Notes under the pieces: generated by a model
What the model was told of the DNA's origin: nothing
Databases searched by the model: none
The model's input: only the letters and a program-made list of their open reading frames with translations
Shown: positions 56,273 through 64,000 of the stretch, piece after piece
How positions within the stretch are numbered: position 1 is the first letter of the stretch
Layout: each line of letters begins with the position of its first letter
DNA from: Candidatus Cloacimonadota bacterium
GTDB lineage: Bacteria; Cloacimonadota; Cloacimonadia; Cloacimonadales; Cloacimonadaceae
Reading direction: 5' to 3'
Assembly (NCBI GenBank): GCA_029561955.1
Contig: JAKQWO010000036.1
Location: forward strand, 27,814 to 91,813
Length of the DNA stretch: 64,000 nt
Translations under genes and position numbers: made by a program

Positions 56273-59200
56273 ATGTCCTTTGTCCATTTGCATAACCATA
56301 CGCAATACAGCCTTTTGGATGGAGCTTGCCGTGTCGACCGCATGGTGAGCCTGGCCAAAGAATACCATATGCCGGCGGTAGCCATCACGGATCACGGCAA
56401 TCTTTTTGGTGTGATCGACTTTTACAAGACAGCTAAGAAAGCAGGGATCAAGCCCATTATCGGCATCGAGGCCTACATTATCAACGGCGAGCTGGGCACA
56501 GAGCAAAGCAAGCAGGAGCCGCGCTATCACCTAGTGCTCTTGGCCAAAAACCTGCAGGGCTACAAAAATCTGATGAAACTCTCGTCCATATCCTACACCG
56601 AGGGTTTTTACTACAAGCCACGCATCAACAAAGAGTTATTAAAAAAGTATAGCGAGGGCTTGATCTGCCTGAGCGCCTGCGTGAAGGGTGAAATCCCCAC
56701 TCTATTGAGCAATGGTAGAAAGCAGCAGGCTATGGAGGCGGTGCAGTGGCATTTGGAGGTCTTTGGCGAGGACTATTATCTGGAGATTCAGGATCACGGT
56801 CTGGAGGTGGAAGAAGAGGTGATGCCGCAGGTGATCGAGTTGGCAAAGGAAATGGATGTGCCTCTGGTGCTCACCAACGACTGTCATTATCTGCATCAGG
56901 ATGACCATGAGGGGCATGACATCCTGCTCTGCATCCAAACTCAAAAAACATTCAACGATCCCAACCGCATGCGCTACAACACCAAAGAACTCTATTTTAA
57001 GAATGCGGACGAGATGAGAAAGCTCTTTGCCGCATATCCCGAAGCGTATGAAAACACGCTGCGCATCGCAGAAAAGATAGATTTGGAGCTCAAGTATGAC
57101 CACTTCCTGCTGCCGGAGATTGAAACACCAGCAGAATATCCGGATATGGGAGCTTATTTGAGGGCGCTTTGCGAAGAAGCAGCCAAGATAAAGTATCCAA
57201 ATATGACGCCCGAGATCAGGGAACGCATTGACTTTGAGCTGGATGTGATCCACAGAACCGGCTTTGATGGCTATTTCCTGGTGGTGCAGGATCTGATCAA
57301 TAACGCCATCAAGCAGGGTGTTCCGGTGGGGCCGGGGCGTGGTTCAGCGGCCGGGAGTATAGTTTCCTATCTGTTGGGCATCACTTTGGTGGATCCGATC
57401 AAATATGGTCTGCTTTTTGAAAGATTCCTCAATCCGGATCGTATCGGCATGCCGGATATAGATATAGACTTTTGTGCGCAGGGACGCGGGAAGGTGATCG
57501 ACTACGTGGTGCAGAAATATGGACGTAACAGCGTGACGCAGATCATCACTTTTGGAACCTTGGGTGCGAAGACCGTGATCAAAGACGTGGCGCGGGTGCT
57601 GGGGATTCCTGCCACTGAGGCCAACGAAATCACCAAGCTGATACCGGGGATGAATAAGGGTTTGGAGGATGTGTATAAAACCGAGCCAGACTTTGCCAAG
57701 CTCATCAATAGCAAACCTAACTATCAGACCATCTTCAAGCATGGCGTGGTGCTGGAAGGTTTGATCCGCCACACCGGTATCCATGCTGCGGGTGTGGTGA
57801 TTGCGCCGGGTGATCTGACGGATTATGTGCCCTTGGCGACGAATGGGCAAAAAGATGCCGAAGCATGTGTTGTGGTGCAATATGAGGGCAAATGGCTGGA
57901 TGAGCTGAAGCTGCTGAAGATGGACATATTGGGGTTGAAGACGCTCACTCTGATCAAGGCAACTGTCGATCTGGTAAAGAAATACCACAACGTGGATATA
58001 GATGTAGACAAGCTCGAACTCGATGATCCTGAAGTGTATAAGTTGATGAGTGCAGGCGAGACGGATGGGGTGTTTCAATTTGAATCCCAGGGGATGCGCA
58101 AGTATCTCATGGAGCTCAAACCCAACGCTTTTGAAGACCTGATTGCCATGGTGGCGCTGTTCCGCCCGGGCCCGATGAGATTCATCGGTAGCTTCATTGC
58201 TCGCAAACACGGCAAAGAGAAGGTGGAATATGACCATCCCATCATGGCCAAAACCTTGGAAGAGACCTATGGCGTGACGGTGTATCAAGAGCAGGTGATG
58301 CGTATTTCCAGAGAGATGGGCGGCTTTACCAGAGGTGAAGCGGATACGCTGCGTAAAGCGATGGGCAAAAAAGATGCGCGTTTGATGGAGAAATTTGAGA
58401 GCAAGTTCAAGGAGGGAGCGCAGTCCAAGGGCGTGAGCGAAAGGATTGCGGGCAAGATCTGGGAAGATTGGAAGCAATTTGCGCAATATGCCTTCAACAA
58501 GAGTCACGCCACCTGCTATGCCCTGGTAGCCTATCAAACCGCTTGGCTGAAAGCGCATTATCCGGTGGAGTTTATGGCAGCACTGCTTTCTTTGGAAGAC
58601 AATCCGGACAAAATCCCAGCTCAGATAGCCGTGTGCAGAGATATGGGAATCAACATCATTCCTCCCAATATCAACCGCAGTTTGAGCGAATTCAGCGTGC
58701 ACGGCAAAGAGGTGCTTTTTGGCCTCCGAGCCATCAAAAACTTGGGTGAAGCGGCGATGCGCTGCATCATCGAAGAGCGGGAGAAGAACGGTGCTTTCAC
58801 CAGTCTCTTCAATTTCTGTAAGCGCTTGGATAGCATTGCGGTGAATAAGACGGTATTGGAAAGCCTGATCGCCAGCGGAGCGATGGACGAGCTGGAAGGC
58901 AGCCGGGCGCAGAAATGGGAGAGCATAGAATCCGCACTCGCCTTCAGCTCGGGCGAACAAAGAGAGAGGCGCAAAGGGCAGATCAGCCTCTTTGACATCA
59001 TTAGCGACGATGATGAGCAGGAATTTGAGCCGCCGCTACCTGAGATCAAGGAATGGGAGTTTATTCCCGGCTTGATGAAGGAAAAGGAGGTGCTGGGATT
59101 CTATATGAGTGCGCATCCTTTGGATCACTACGAGCATCTGATCAGGTGTTACACCACCAACTGCGTGGATATAAATGAAGATACCACCAGTCCAAATACA

Positions 59201-59728
59201 GATTTCGTGCTCTCTGGTGTGGTGACACAGGTCAGTAAAAAGAGAGACAACAAGGGCAATCAATTTGCCTTTGTGCAGTTTGAAGACCTCACAGGCCGCT
59301 TTGAGGTGCCTCTTTTCAACCGTTTTTATCAGGAGTATTACGATCTCATCTCCAACAATCTGGTCTTGGGTATCGTGGGGAGTCTTTCCACCTACAATAA
59401 CGGCATGGATGAAATGATCAAGATGGTGAGGATCAACCCCAAAAAGATTTTCCCGATTGAAGAACTGCCCAAGATTGTGAGCGGCGAACTGAACCTGATC
59501 ATGCCCAAGGAAAAGCTGAGCCAGAAATTTGTCGATCAGGTGAAGAGATGTATGGATAGATCGAAAGGCAATTTTGGCATCAGGATGCGGTTTGTGAATG
59601 AAGATGATGAGTTTACGCTGCATTCTGAGCGCAGGTTTTTCCCGGATGATGAGTTTTTGGGATGGTTGGATAAACAAAAGATTGAGTATTATGTTATTGT
59701 GGGAGTAAACAATGAAAGCAACAGTTAG
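56273..59728 (+). CDS. dnaE: DNA polymerase III alpha subunit
   Basis: PHP motif 'FVHLHNHTQYSLLDG', 'PDIDIDF', and a length of 1151 aa. Confidence 0.95.
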   Translation: MSFVHLHNHTQYSLLDGACRVDRMVSLAKEYHMPAVAITDHGNLFGVIDFYKTAKKAGIKPIIGIEAYIINGELGTEQSKQEPRYHLVLLAKNLQGYKNLMKLSSISYTEGFYYKPRINKELLKKYSEGLICLSACVKGEIPTLLSNGRKQQAMEAVQWHLEVFGEDYYLEIQDHGLEVEEEVMPQVIELAKEMDVPLVLTNDCHYLHQDDHEGHDILLCIQTQKTFNDPNRMRYNTKELYFKNADEMRKLFAAYPEAYENTLRIAEKIDLELKYDHFLLPEIETPAEYPDMGAYLRALCEEAAKIKYPNMTPEIRERIDFELDVIHRTGFDGYFLVVQDLINNAIKQGVPVGPGRGSAAGSIVSYLLGITLVDPIKYGLLFERFLNPDRIGMPDIDIDFCAQGRGKVIDYVVQKYGRNSVTQIITFGTLGAKTVIKDVARVLGIPATEANEITKLIPGMNKGLEDVYKTEPDFAKLINSKPNYQTIFKHGVVLEGLIRHTGIHAAGVVIAPGDLTDYVPLATNGQKDAEACVVVQYEGKWLDELKLLKMDILGLKTLTLIKATVDLVKKYHNVDIDVDKLELDDPEVYKLMSAGETDGVFQFESQGMRKYLMELKPNAFEDLIAMVALFRPGPMRFIGSFIARKHGKEKVEYDHPIMAKTLEETYGVTVYQEQVMRISREMGGFTRGEADTLRKAMGKKDARLMEKFESKFKEGAQSKGVSERIAGKIWEDWKQFAQYAFNKSHATCYALVAYQTAWLKAHYPVEFMAALLSLEDNPDKIPAQIAVCRDMGINIIPPNINRSLSEFSVHGKEVLFGLRAIKNLGEAAMRCIIEEREKNGAFTSLFNFCKRLDSIAVNKTVLESLIASGAMDELEGSRAQKWESIESALAFSSGEQRERRKGQISLFDIISDDDEQEFEPPLPEIKEWEFIPGLMKEKEVLGFYMSAHPLDHYEHLIRCYTTNCVDINEDTTSPNTDFVLSGVVTQVSKKRDNKGNQFAFVQFEDLTGRFEVPLFNRFYQEYYDLISNNLVLGIVGSLSTYNNGMDEMIKMVRINPKKIFPIEELPKIVSGELNLIMPKEKLSQKFVDQVKRCMDRSKGNFGIRMRFVNEDDEFTLHSERRFFPDDEFLGWLDKQKIEYYVIVGVNNESNS

Positions 59729-60827
59729 TGTCCTATGCTTAGTGCTTCTCTGTAGCCTGTTTTGGGCGCAGGAAGTGGTGTTTGAGTATTATCAGTCTGG
59801 CACCGATATCTGGGTGCTCATTCCCTATAGTTCCCTATCTTTTAAGGAGGGTGCTGATCAAGCGGACTACCAGCTCGCCGTGGAGATCGAGGGAGTCAAC
59901 AAGAAGAAGGAAAAGGCTTCTTTTGCGTCCCAGTTGCAGGTTCCCAAAAGGGATTGGCTGCAGGATAGCGCCATTCCTGTGAAGTTTACCGCCACTTTGA
60001 GTAAGGGTGATTACAAGCTCCACTTGCAGTTGCGTAGTCTGGATTTGGGTGAGACAATCAAGCTGAGCAGGAATTTCAAACTGGATAAATATACGCCGAT
60101 TGGGCAGGCATGGCTGCTGGCAGAAAGGGAAGGACAGAGCTTTTTGCCGGGTGAGATGTGGGTTTTGGATCAAGAGCTCAGCAGTTGCGTGATTTTGCAG
60201 AAGTACACGCGTGAGGTGGATAGCCTGAGAGTCGAGATCGGGGAGAGAGCTTGGGTCTATTATGATCTTGAGAATGAGATCGAAATAGATATGATGGAAT
60301 TGGTGCCACTGCCCGCACCGATAGGCATTACCGTAAACTCAAAGAGCGTCCAGCACAAAATGAAGCCTTTTATCTACAGTCCCTGGTTTGCCTACAACTT
60401 GCGCTATGATCACCAGGATCAGGTTCAGCAGATTCGCTATATCGCCACCGAAAATCACTATCAGCACCTTAAAGACCTCGGAGATGATGAGATAGAGCAG
60501 GGAATAGAGATTTTCTGGCTAAGCATGGATCCCAGTCCGGGGACGGTGCACAACGAAGCCAGAGAGGAGTTTTGTAATCGGGTGATCATCGCCGACGAAA
60601 GATATAGCCCTCATAAAAAGATGAAGGGTTGGCGGTCTGATCGTGGTAGAATATACATCAAGTTTGGCGAGCCGGACTTTATAAGTCACCCGGATCCCAT
60701 ACCTGAGGATGGCTATCCCACCACGGTGTGGACATATGTCAATGAAAAGAAGGAGTTTATCTTTGTGGACTACAGCGGCTACGGCCAGTTTACACTACAG
60801 AATAAAAATGAAGAATACGATTTTTAA
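59712..60827 (+). CDS. GWxTD domain protein
   Basis: Signal peptide and 'KGWRSDRGRIYIKFGEPD'. Overlaps the dnaE 3' end by 17 nt. Confidence 0.75.
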   Translation: MKATVSVLCLVLLCSLFWAQEVVFEYYQSGTDIWVLIPYSSLSFKEGADQADYQLAVEIEGVNKKKEKASFASQLQVPKRDWLQDSAIPVKFTATLSKGDYKLHLQLRSLDLGETIKLSRNFKLDKYTPIGQAWLLAEREGQSFLPGEMWVLDQELSSCVILQKYTREVDSLRVEIGERAWVYYDLENEIEIDMMELVPLPAPIGITVNSKSVQHKMKPFIYSPWFAYNLRYDHQDQVQQIRYIATENHYQHLKDLGDDEIEQGIEIFWLSMDPSPGTVHNEAREEFCNRVIIADERYSPHKKMKGWRSDRGRIYIKFGEPDFISHPDPIPEDGYPTTVWTYVNEKKEFIFVDYSGYGQFTLQNKNEEYDF

Positions 60828-62139
60828 ATGCCTGTTACTGAGCGCTCTGCTACTGCTGAGCGTGATGCTGCAGGCTCAAAACAAACTGAATATGTCGGTG
60901 CATGAACTACGGTTCAAAGATGCATCAGGCCAAACTTTGCTGCATATAGACTACCAGATTCCCTATCGCAATCTGGTCTTTGTGGCGCAAGGGGCGAGTC
61001 ATTTTGCCACGGTGGATGTGAGTGTCAGCATCTCCCAAGGAGATTCCCTGGTGGTGATCAAAGACCTTTTGGACAATGTGGGCATCACCAACAAGAGCGA
61101 TGCCACTTCCGATAAATCACACATCAACAGGGTCAGCTTTCTCTTGGATGAATCCGTCAAAAGGCTCTATTTCAAGGCGGAAGACCTCAATTCCGGCAGT
61201 GTCTTTACCTGGCCTATAGATGGGCGAGCTTTGGGGCAAGATGAGCTGCTGAGCGATGTGCAATTGTGCTCCATAGTGACGCCGGACAGCACCTCTACGA
61301 GCAAGTTTCGCAAGGGGAACCTGTTGTATAAGAGCGAGCCGTCGCTGATCTTTGATAAGGTGAGTCTGGACAATGTGCATCTCTACCTGGAAACCTATAT
61401 CCCTGAGCACCTTCAGGGTACAGGCTTGATGAATCTCTACATTGAAAAGGACAGCCTCATCGTTAAGGACGACTATTTTGACATCCAGATTGATGCACCG
61501 CAGAAAGCACTGCATCTGCAAATCCCTACCCGGAAGCTGGAAGCGGGGTTTTATCAGGGAATCTTGAGCTTGCAGATTGGGGATAGCTTTCAGGAAAAGG
61601 AGTTTGACTTTTTCATCACAGAAAAGGGAGAGCGGGTCTACTCCTTGATGGCAAATCCGGATGAAGAGCTGCAACTTTTGAAATACTTCACCGCTGGGGC
61701 TACACCGCTGGATTGGAGCCGCTATGACGAAGCCACCAAAAAGCGCTATCTTTCCAGCATTTGGAAACACTTGGGATCAAGCGCCGGACTGAGCACAGAG
61801 GCGATTCTGTCCATCGTGGAAGAGCGGGTAGACCATGCCAATGCCAATTTTAGACACTTTAAAGATGGCTGGCAAACCGATATGGGACGAATCTATATCC
61901 GCAATGGTGCAGCAGACGACGTGGAAAAGGATAGCATCCAAGAAATTACGCGCTATGTGAGTAAAGATTATCAGATCTGGAAATACAGGGGCAAGATCAA
62001 GGCGGTTTATGTGTTTATGGATTTGCAGATGAACGGTAATTATCAGTTGATCTACGTGCGTGGCGACGACTTGGAGAGCAGCCGACCGGATTATCTCCGC
62101 TATTTGGGTGAAGATTTTGATATGTCCAAGCTGGATTGA
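60808..62139 (+). CDS. GWxTD domain protein (paralogue)
   Basis: Start at ATG 60808 (MKNTIFKCLLLSALLLLSVMLQAQ) and 'DGWQTDMGRIYIRNG'. Confidence 0.75.
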   Translation: MKNTIFKCLLLSALLLLSVMLQAQNKLNMSVHELRFKDASGQTLLHIDYQIPYRNLVFVAQGASHFATVDVSVSISQGDSLVVIKDLLDNVGITNKSDATSDKSHINRVSFLLDESVKRLYFKAEDLNSGSVFTWPIDGRALGQDELLSDVQLCSIVTPDSTSTSKFRKGNLLYKSEPSLIFDKVSLDNVHLYLETYIPEHLQGTGLMNLYIEKDSLIVKDDYFDIQIDAPQKALHLQIPTRKLEAGFYQGILSLQIGDSFQEKEFDFFITEKGERVYSLMANPDEELQLLKYFTAGATPLDWSRYDEATKKRYLSSIWKHLGSSAGLSTEAILSIVEERVDHANANFRHFKDGWQTDMGRIYIRNGAADDVEKDSIQEITRYVSKDYQIWKYRGKIKAVYVFMDLQMNGNYQLIYVRGDDLESSRPDYLRYLGEDFDMSKLD

Positions 62140-62158
62140 GTGAAGGAATTTGACGTTG

Positions 62159-62557
62159 TTAACGAGTTTTATTGTACTCAAAAACAGGGTGAAAAGCATC
62201 AGGGAAATGCTTGATGCTAAAGGTGTTAGTGCGCTTGTCTTCAAAGACCAGGATGATGTCGAAGCGAGATTCATGCTTGACAAAATTCGGGCTCTGATTA
62301 ATGTATCCCAATGCTGCTTGCGTAATGTGATATCTCTTGCGACGAGTTATTGTTTGCAATGCAGCGTCTATAGAGTGAAATCGACGCGTCTTCACTTCAA
62401 CGAAGACGAGATGTGTGTCGTTGTGAACGATTATGTCAATTTCCCCGTTTTTGGTTCGGAAATTTTTACAAAGCAGCTTATAGCCTTTGCTAATAAGGTA
62501 TTTAGCTGCGAGTTCTTCGCCCAAACGAGAGAGTTGATATAGTGAATTTGTATCCAT
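62159..62557 (-). CDS. yraN: YraN-family (UPF0102) endonuclease-like protein
   Basis: 'LGEELAAKYLISKGYKLLCKNFRTKNGEIDIIVHNDTHLVFVEVKTRR'. Confidence 0.85.
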   Translation of the reverse strand: MDTNSLYQLSRLGEELAAKYLISKGYKLLCKNFRTKNGEIDIIVHNDTHLVFVEVKTRRFHSIDAALQTITRRKRYHITQAALGYINQSPNFVKHESRFDIILVFEDKRTNTFSIKHFPDAFHPVFEYNKTR

Positions 62558-62656
62558 GGATCAAGAAAATGCTTGACGTAAATCCCGTCAATTATAATTT
62601 GAGTCCAGTAACTACTAAACCAAAAAACTAACAATCACCGAAAGGTGGAGGGAAGT

Positions 62657-63742
62657 ATGAGAAAAGTATTATTTAGTGCACTTGTAATGACGTTTCTGGC
62701 AGGGGTGCTGCTCGCGGCTCCTTTCCAGACGTTAGGCCTGCTACGCACGCCTGATGCGTACGTTTTGCCTAATAAGGCAGCAGAGATTTTATTAGTCGGC
62801 TATTACAGAAACGTGACAGGGCCATCGACGGCTGACACGGATAAGTGGCACAAGTTTGTCCCTTATGGCATGCTTGGTGTAGGGATTTTTGACAGTGCTG
62901 AGGTCGGTCTTTTTGTCGGAGATAGCGTTTATTACCTAAATGCCAAGGTCAAGCTGGTTGAAGAAACTTTGCGTATGCCTCAGATCGCTATTGGAGTAGA
63001 CAACATTTTTTCTCCTGTGAATCGTCGTAGGGCCAATGATCCGCATCCCGGTTGGAGATTTGAGGATCATCCTGACAAAACAGACTATGAGTATTACTCC
63101 TTCTATGCAGTGACGTCCAAGCAAGTAGTCATAGGCAAGACGAACTGGATGTTCAACTTTGGTGGAGGCAATAGGCGTTTTTCAGGTCAGGTGCCACGCT
63201 CGAGGGTGCTCCAGTCATTGTTCGCTTCAATTGAGTTTTCGCCCATGAAGGACTTCTACATCCAGGGAGAATTTAGCGGACACGACTTCCAGGCAGGCTT
63301 GAAGTATACCTACAAAAACTGGGGTGTCAGACTTGGTGCCCAAGCTATTGAGGATATGTTCAAGGGCAAAGACAGCGACTATACAGGAAACCGTCGTGTT
63401 GCTCTGGGTATATCCTACCTCTTTGACAAATATGCCACCGCCAAACGTCGTCCCGACATTATGGAGCTTGCCAAAGGCGCTCAGGCAGCGGAAGAGCCTA
63501 TCGTAGTAGTGCAAGAGCCTGTAGTCACCACTCCAGGCACCACAGAGGAACCTGTCGGCGAAGTCAGCTTGGGAACAGGCAGTCAAGATATTGGTGTTCA
63601 AACTGGTGGTACCGGCTACAAGGAACTTTCCCCTGAGGTTAAAGACCTGTTGTCAGAATTGAGAGCCCTACGCGAAGAGAGGGAAAAAGCCCAAGAGGCT
63701 TTACGTGAACTGCGCGAATGGTTGAAAGGCCTCAAAGAATAG
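62657..63742 (+). CDS. Secreted hypothetical protein with a C-terminal coiled coil
   Basis: ATG 62657 follows GGTGGAGGGA. Signal peptide 'MRKVLFSALVMTFLAGVLLAAP'. The C-terminus is 'LSELRALREEREKAQEALRELREWLKGLKE'. Confidence 0.6.
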   Translation: MRKVLFSALVMTFLAGVLLAAPFQTLGLLRTPDAYVLPNKAAEILLVGYYRNVTGPSTADTDKWHKFVPYGMLGVGIFDSAEVGLFVGDSVYYLNAKVKLVEETLRMPQIAIGVDNIFSPVNRRRANDPHPGWRFEDHPDKTDYEYYSFYAVTSKQVVIGKTNWMFNFGGGNRRFSGQVPRSRVLQSLFASIEFSPMKDFYIQGEFSGHDFQAGLKYTYKNWGVRLGAQAIEDMFKGKDSDYTGNRRVALGISYLFDKYATAKRRPDIMELAKGAQAAEEPIVVVQEPVVTTPGTTEEPVGEVSLGTGSQDIGVQTGGTGYKELSPEVKDLLSELRALREEREKAQEALRELREWLKGLKE

Positions 63743-63828
63743 AACTAACCAGATAGTATTGCGTGACATGATTCATGTCAAAACCTAATTTGTGCCCACA
63801 GACTTCCCTTGATAAAAGAGAATCTACT

Positions 63829-63854
63829 CCAGGCGCGGGTTGCACTGCGCCTGG
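63829..63854 (+). terminator. Hairpin downstream of the 62657-63742 gene
   Basis: CCAGGCGC pairs with GCGCCTGG around a 10-nt loop. The T-run lies only ~17 nt downstream, so this is a weak terminator call. Confidence 0.3.
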
Positions 63855-63918
63855 GGTAGCGTTCTGTATTCGGATTTTTAACATTTTAAACTATGGACGA
63901 TAAGAAGTGAGCAGGGTT

Positions 63919-64000
63919 ATGAAAAAAACTACTTTATTTATACTGATTGCCGCTTTAATGCTTTCGGTGTCGAGCTTGGCTGCCGCAACGTCGGCCTTTG
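63919..64000 (+). CDS. 5' end of a secreted protein gene (partial)
   Basis: ATG 63919. 'MKKTTLFILIAALMLSVSSLAAATSAF' is signal-peptide-like. The ORF runs off the window. Confidence 0.5.
   Translation, partial: MKKTTLFILIAALMLSVSSLAAATSAF

Noticed and set aside
57344-58960. 538-aa minus-strand ORF inside dnaE
   Set aside because: It is antisense to an unambiguous DnaE sequence and has no recognisable motifs. The same reasoning applies to 56702-57253 and 59036-59677.
62150-62542. 130-aa plus-strand ORF
   Set aside because: It is antisense to the minus-strand ORF, which carries the YraN/UPF0102 signature.

Overview
This 64-kb window is from a bacterial chromosome. The core genes are about 50-60% GC, based on my hand counts of single 60-nt lines. 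They include rnfCDGEAB, dnaE, sbcCD, ackA, ispG, a thymidine phosphorylase, ABC permeases, chrA halves, Ppx/GppA, two tRNA-Val genes, an HU/IHF protein, a DsbD/TlpA thiol-redox cluster, one T9SS-type cargo protein, GWxTD proteins and giant surface proteins. This gene set suggests an anaerobic FCB-group or Cloacimonadota-like organism, but that is inference only.

Two AT-rich accessory blocks interrupt the core (hand counts 25-42% GC).

(i) Block 1-7453 holds a 1401-codon minus-strand ORF that is missing from the supplied ORF track because it runs off the window edge. It encodes a SAM-methyltransferase fused to a histidine-kinase-like ATPase core. Three small tightly coupled genes precede it. 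A two-gene PD-(D/E)xK-like cassette lies next to it.

(ii) Block 32150-38340 is a five-gene, same-strand island. It encodes an ABC-type ATPase with a small Toprim-like partner (RloA/RloB- or DUF4276-like). These are followed by a coiled-coil PD-(D/E)xK-like protein, a 139-aa protein and a 1031-aa HerA/FtsK-type ATPase with a C-terminal membrane anchor. I consider this island, together with the methyltransferase-kinase giant, the best candidates for an undescribed conflict or defence system.

No integrase, transposase or CRISPR array is visible.

Almost every long intergenic region is built from a mosaic repeat system. Its parts are a ~350-bp dispersed element (3 copies), ~120-140-bp units carrying 21-bp-phased CGGATGGTTTTG iterons and an 8-bp palindrome, 7-nt microsatellite tracts, and a 191-bp inverted-repeat pair bracketing a 1038-aa surface-protein gene.

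Other notable items are a single polypeptide combining a gingipain-type C25 protease with a Porphyromonas-type peptidyl-arginine/agmatine deiminase domain, and an unlisted 29-aa bS22/mS38-like basic peptide gene.
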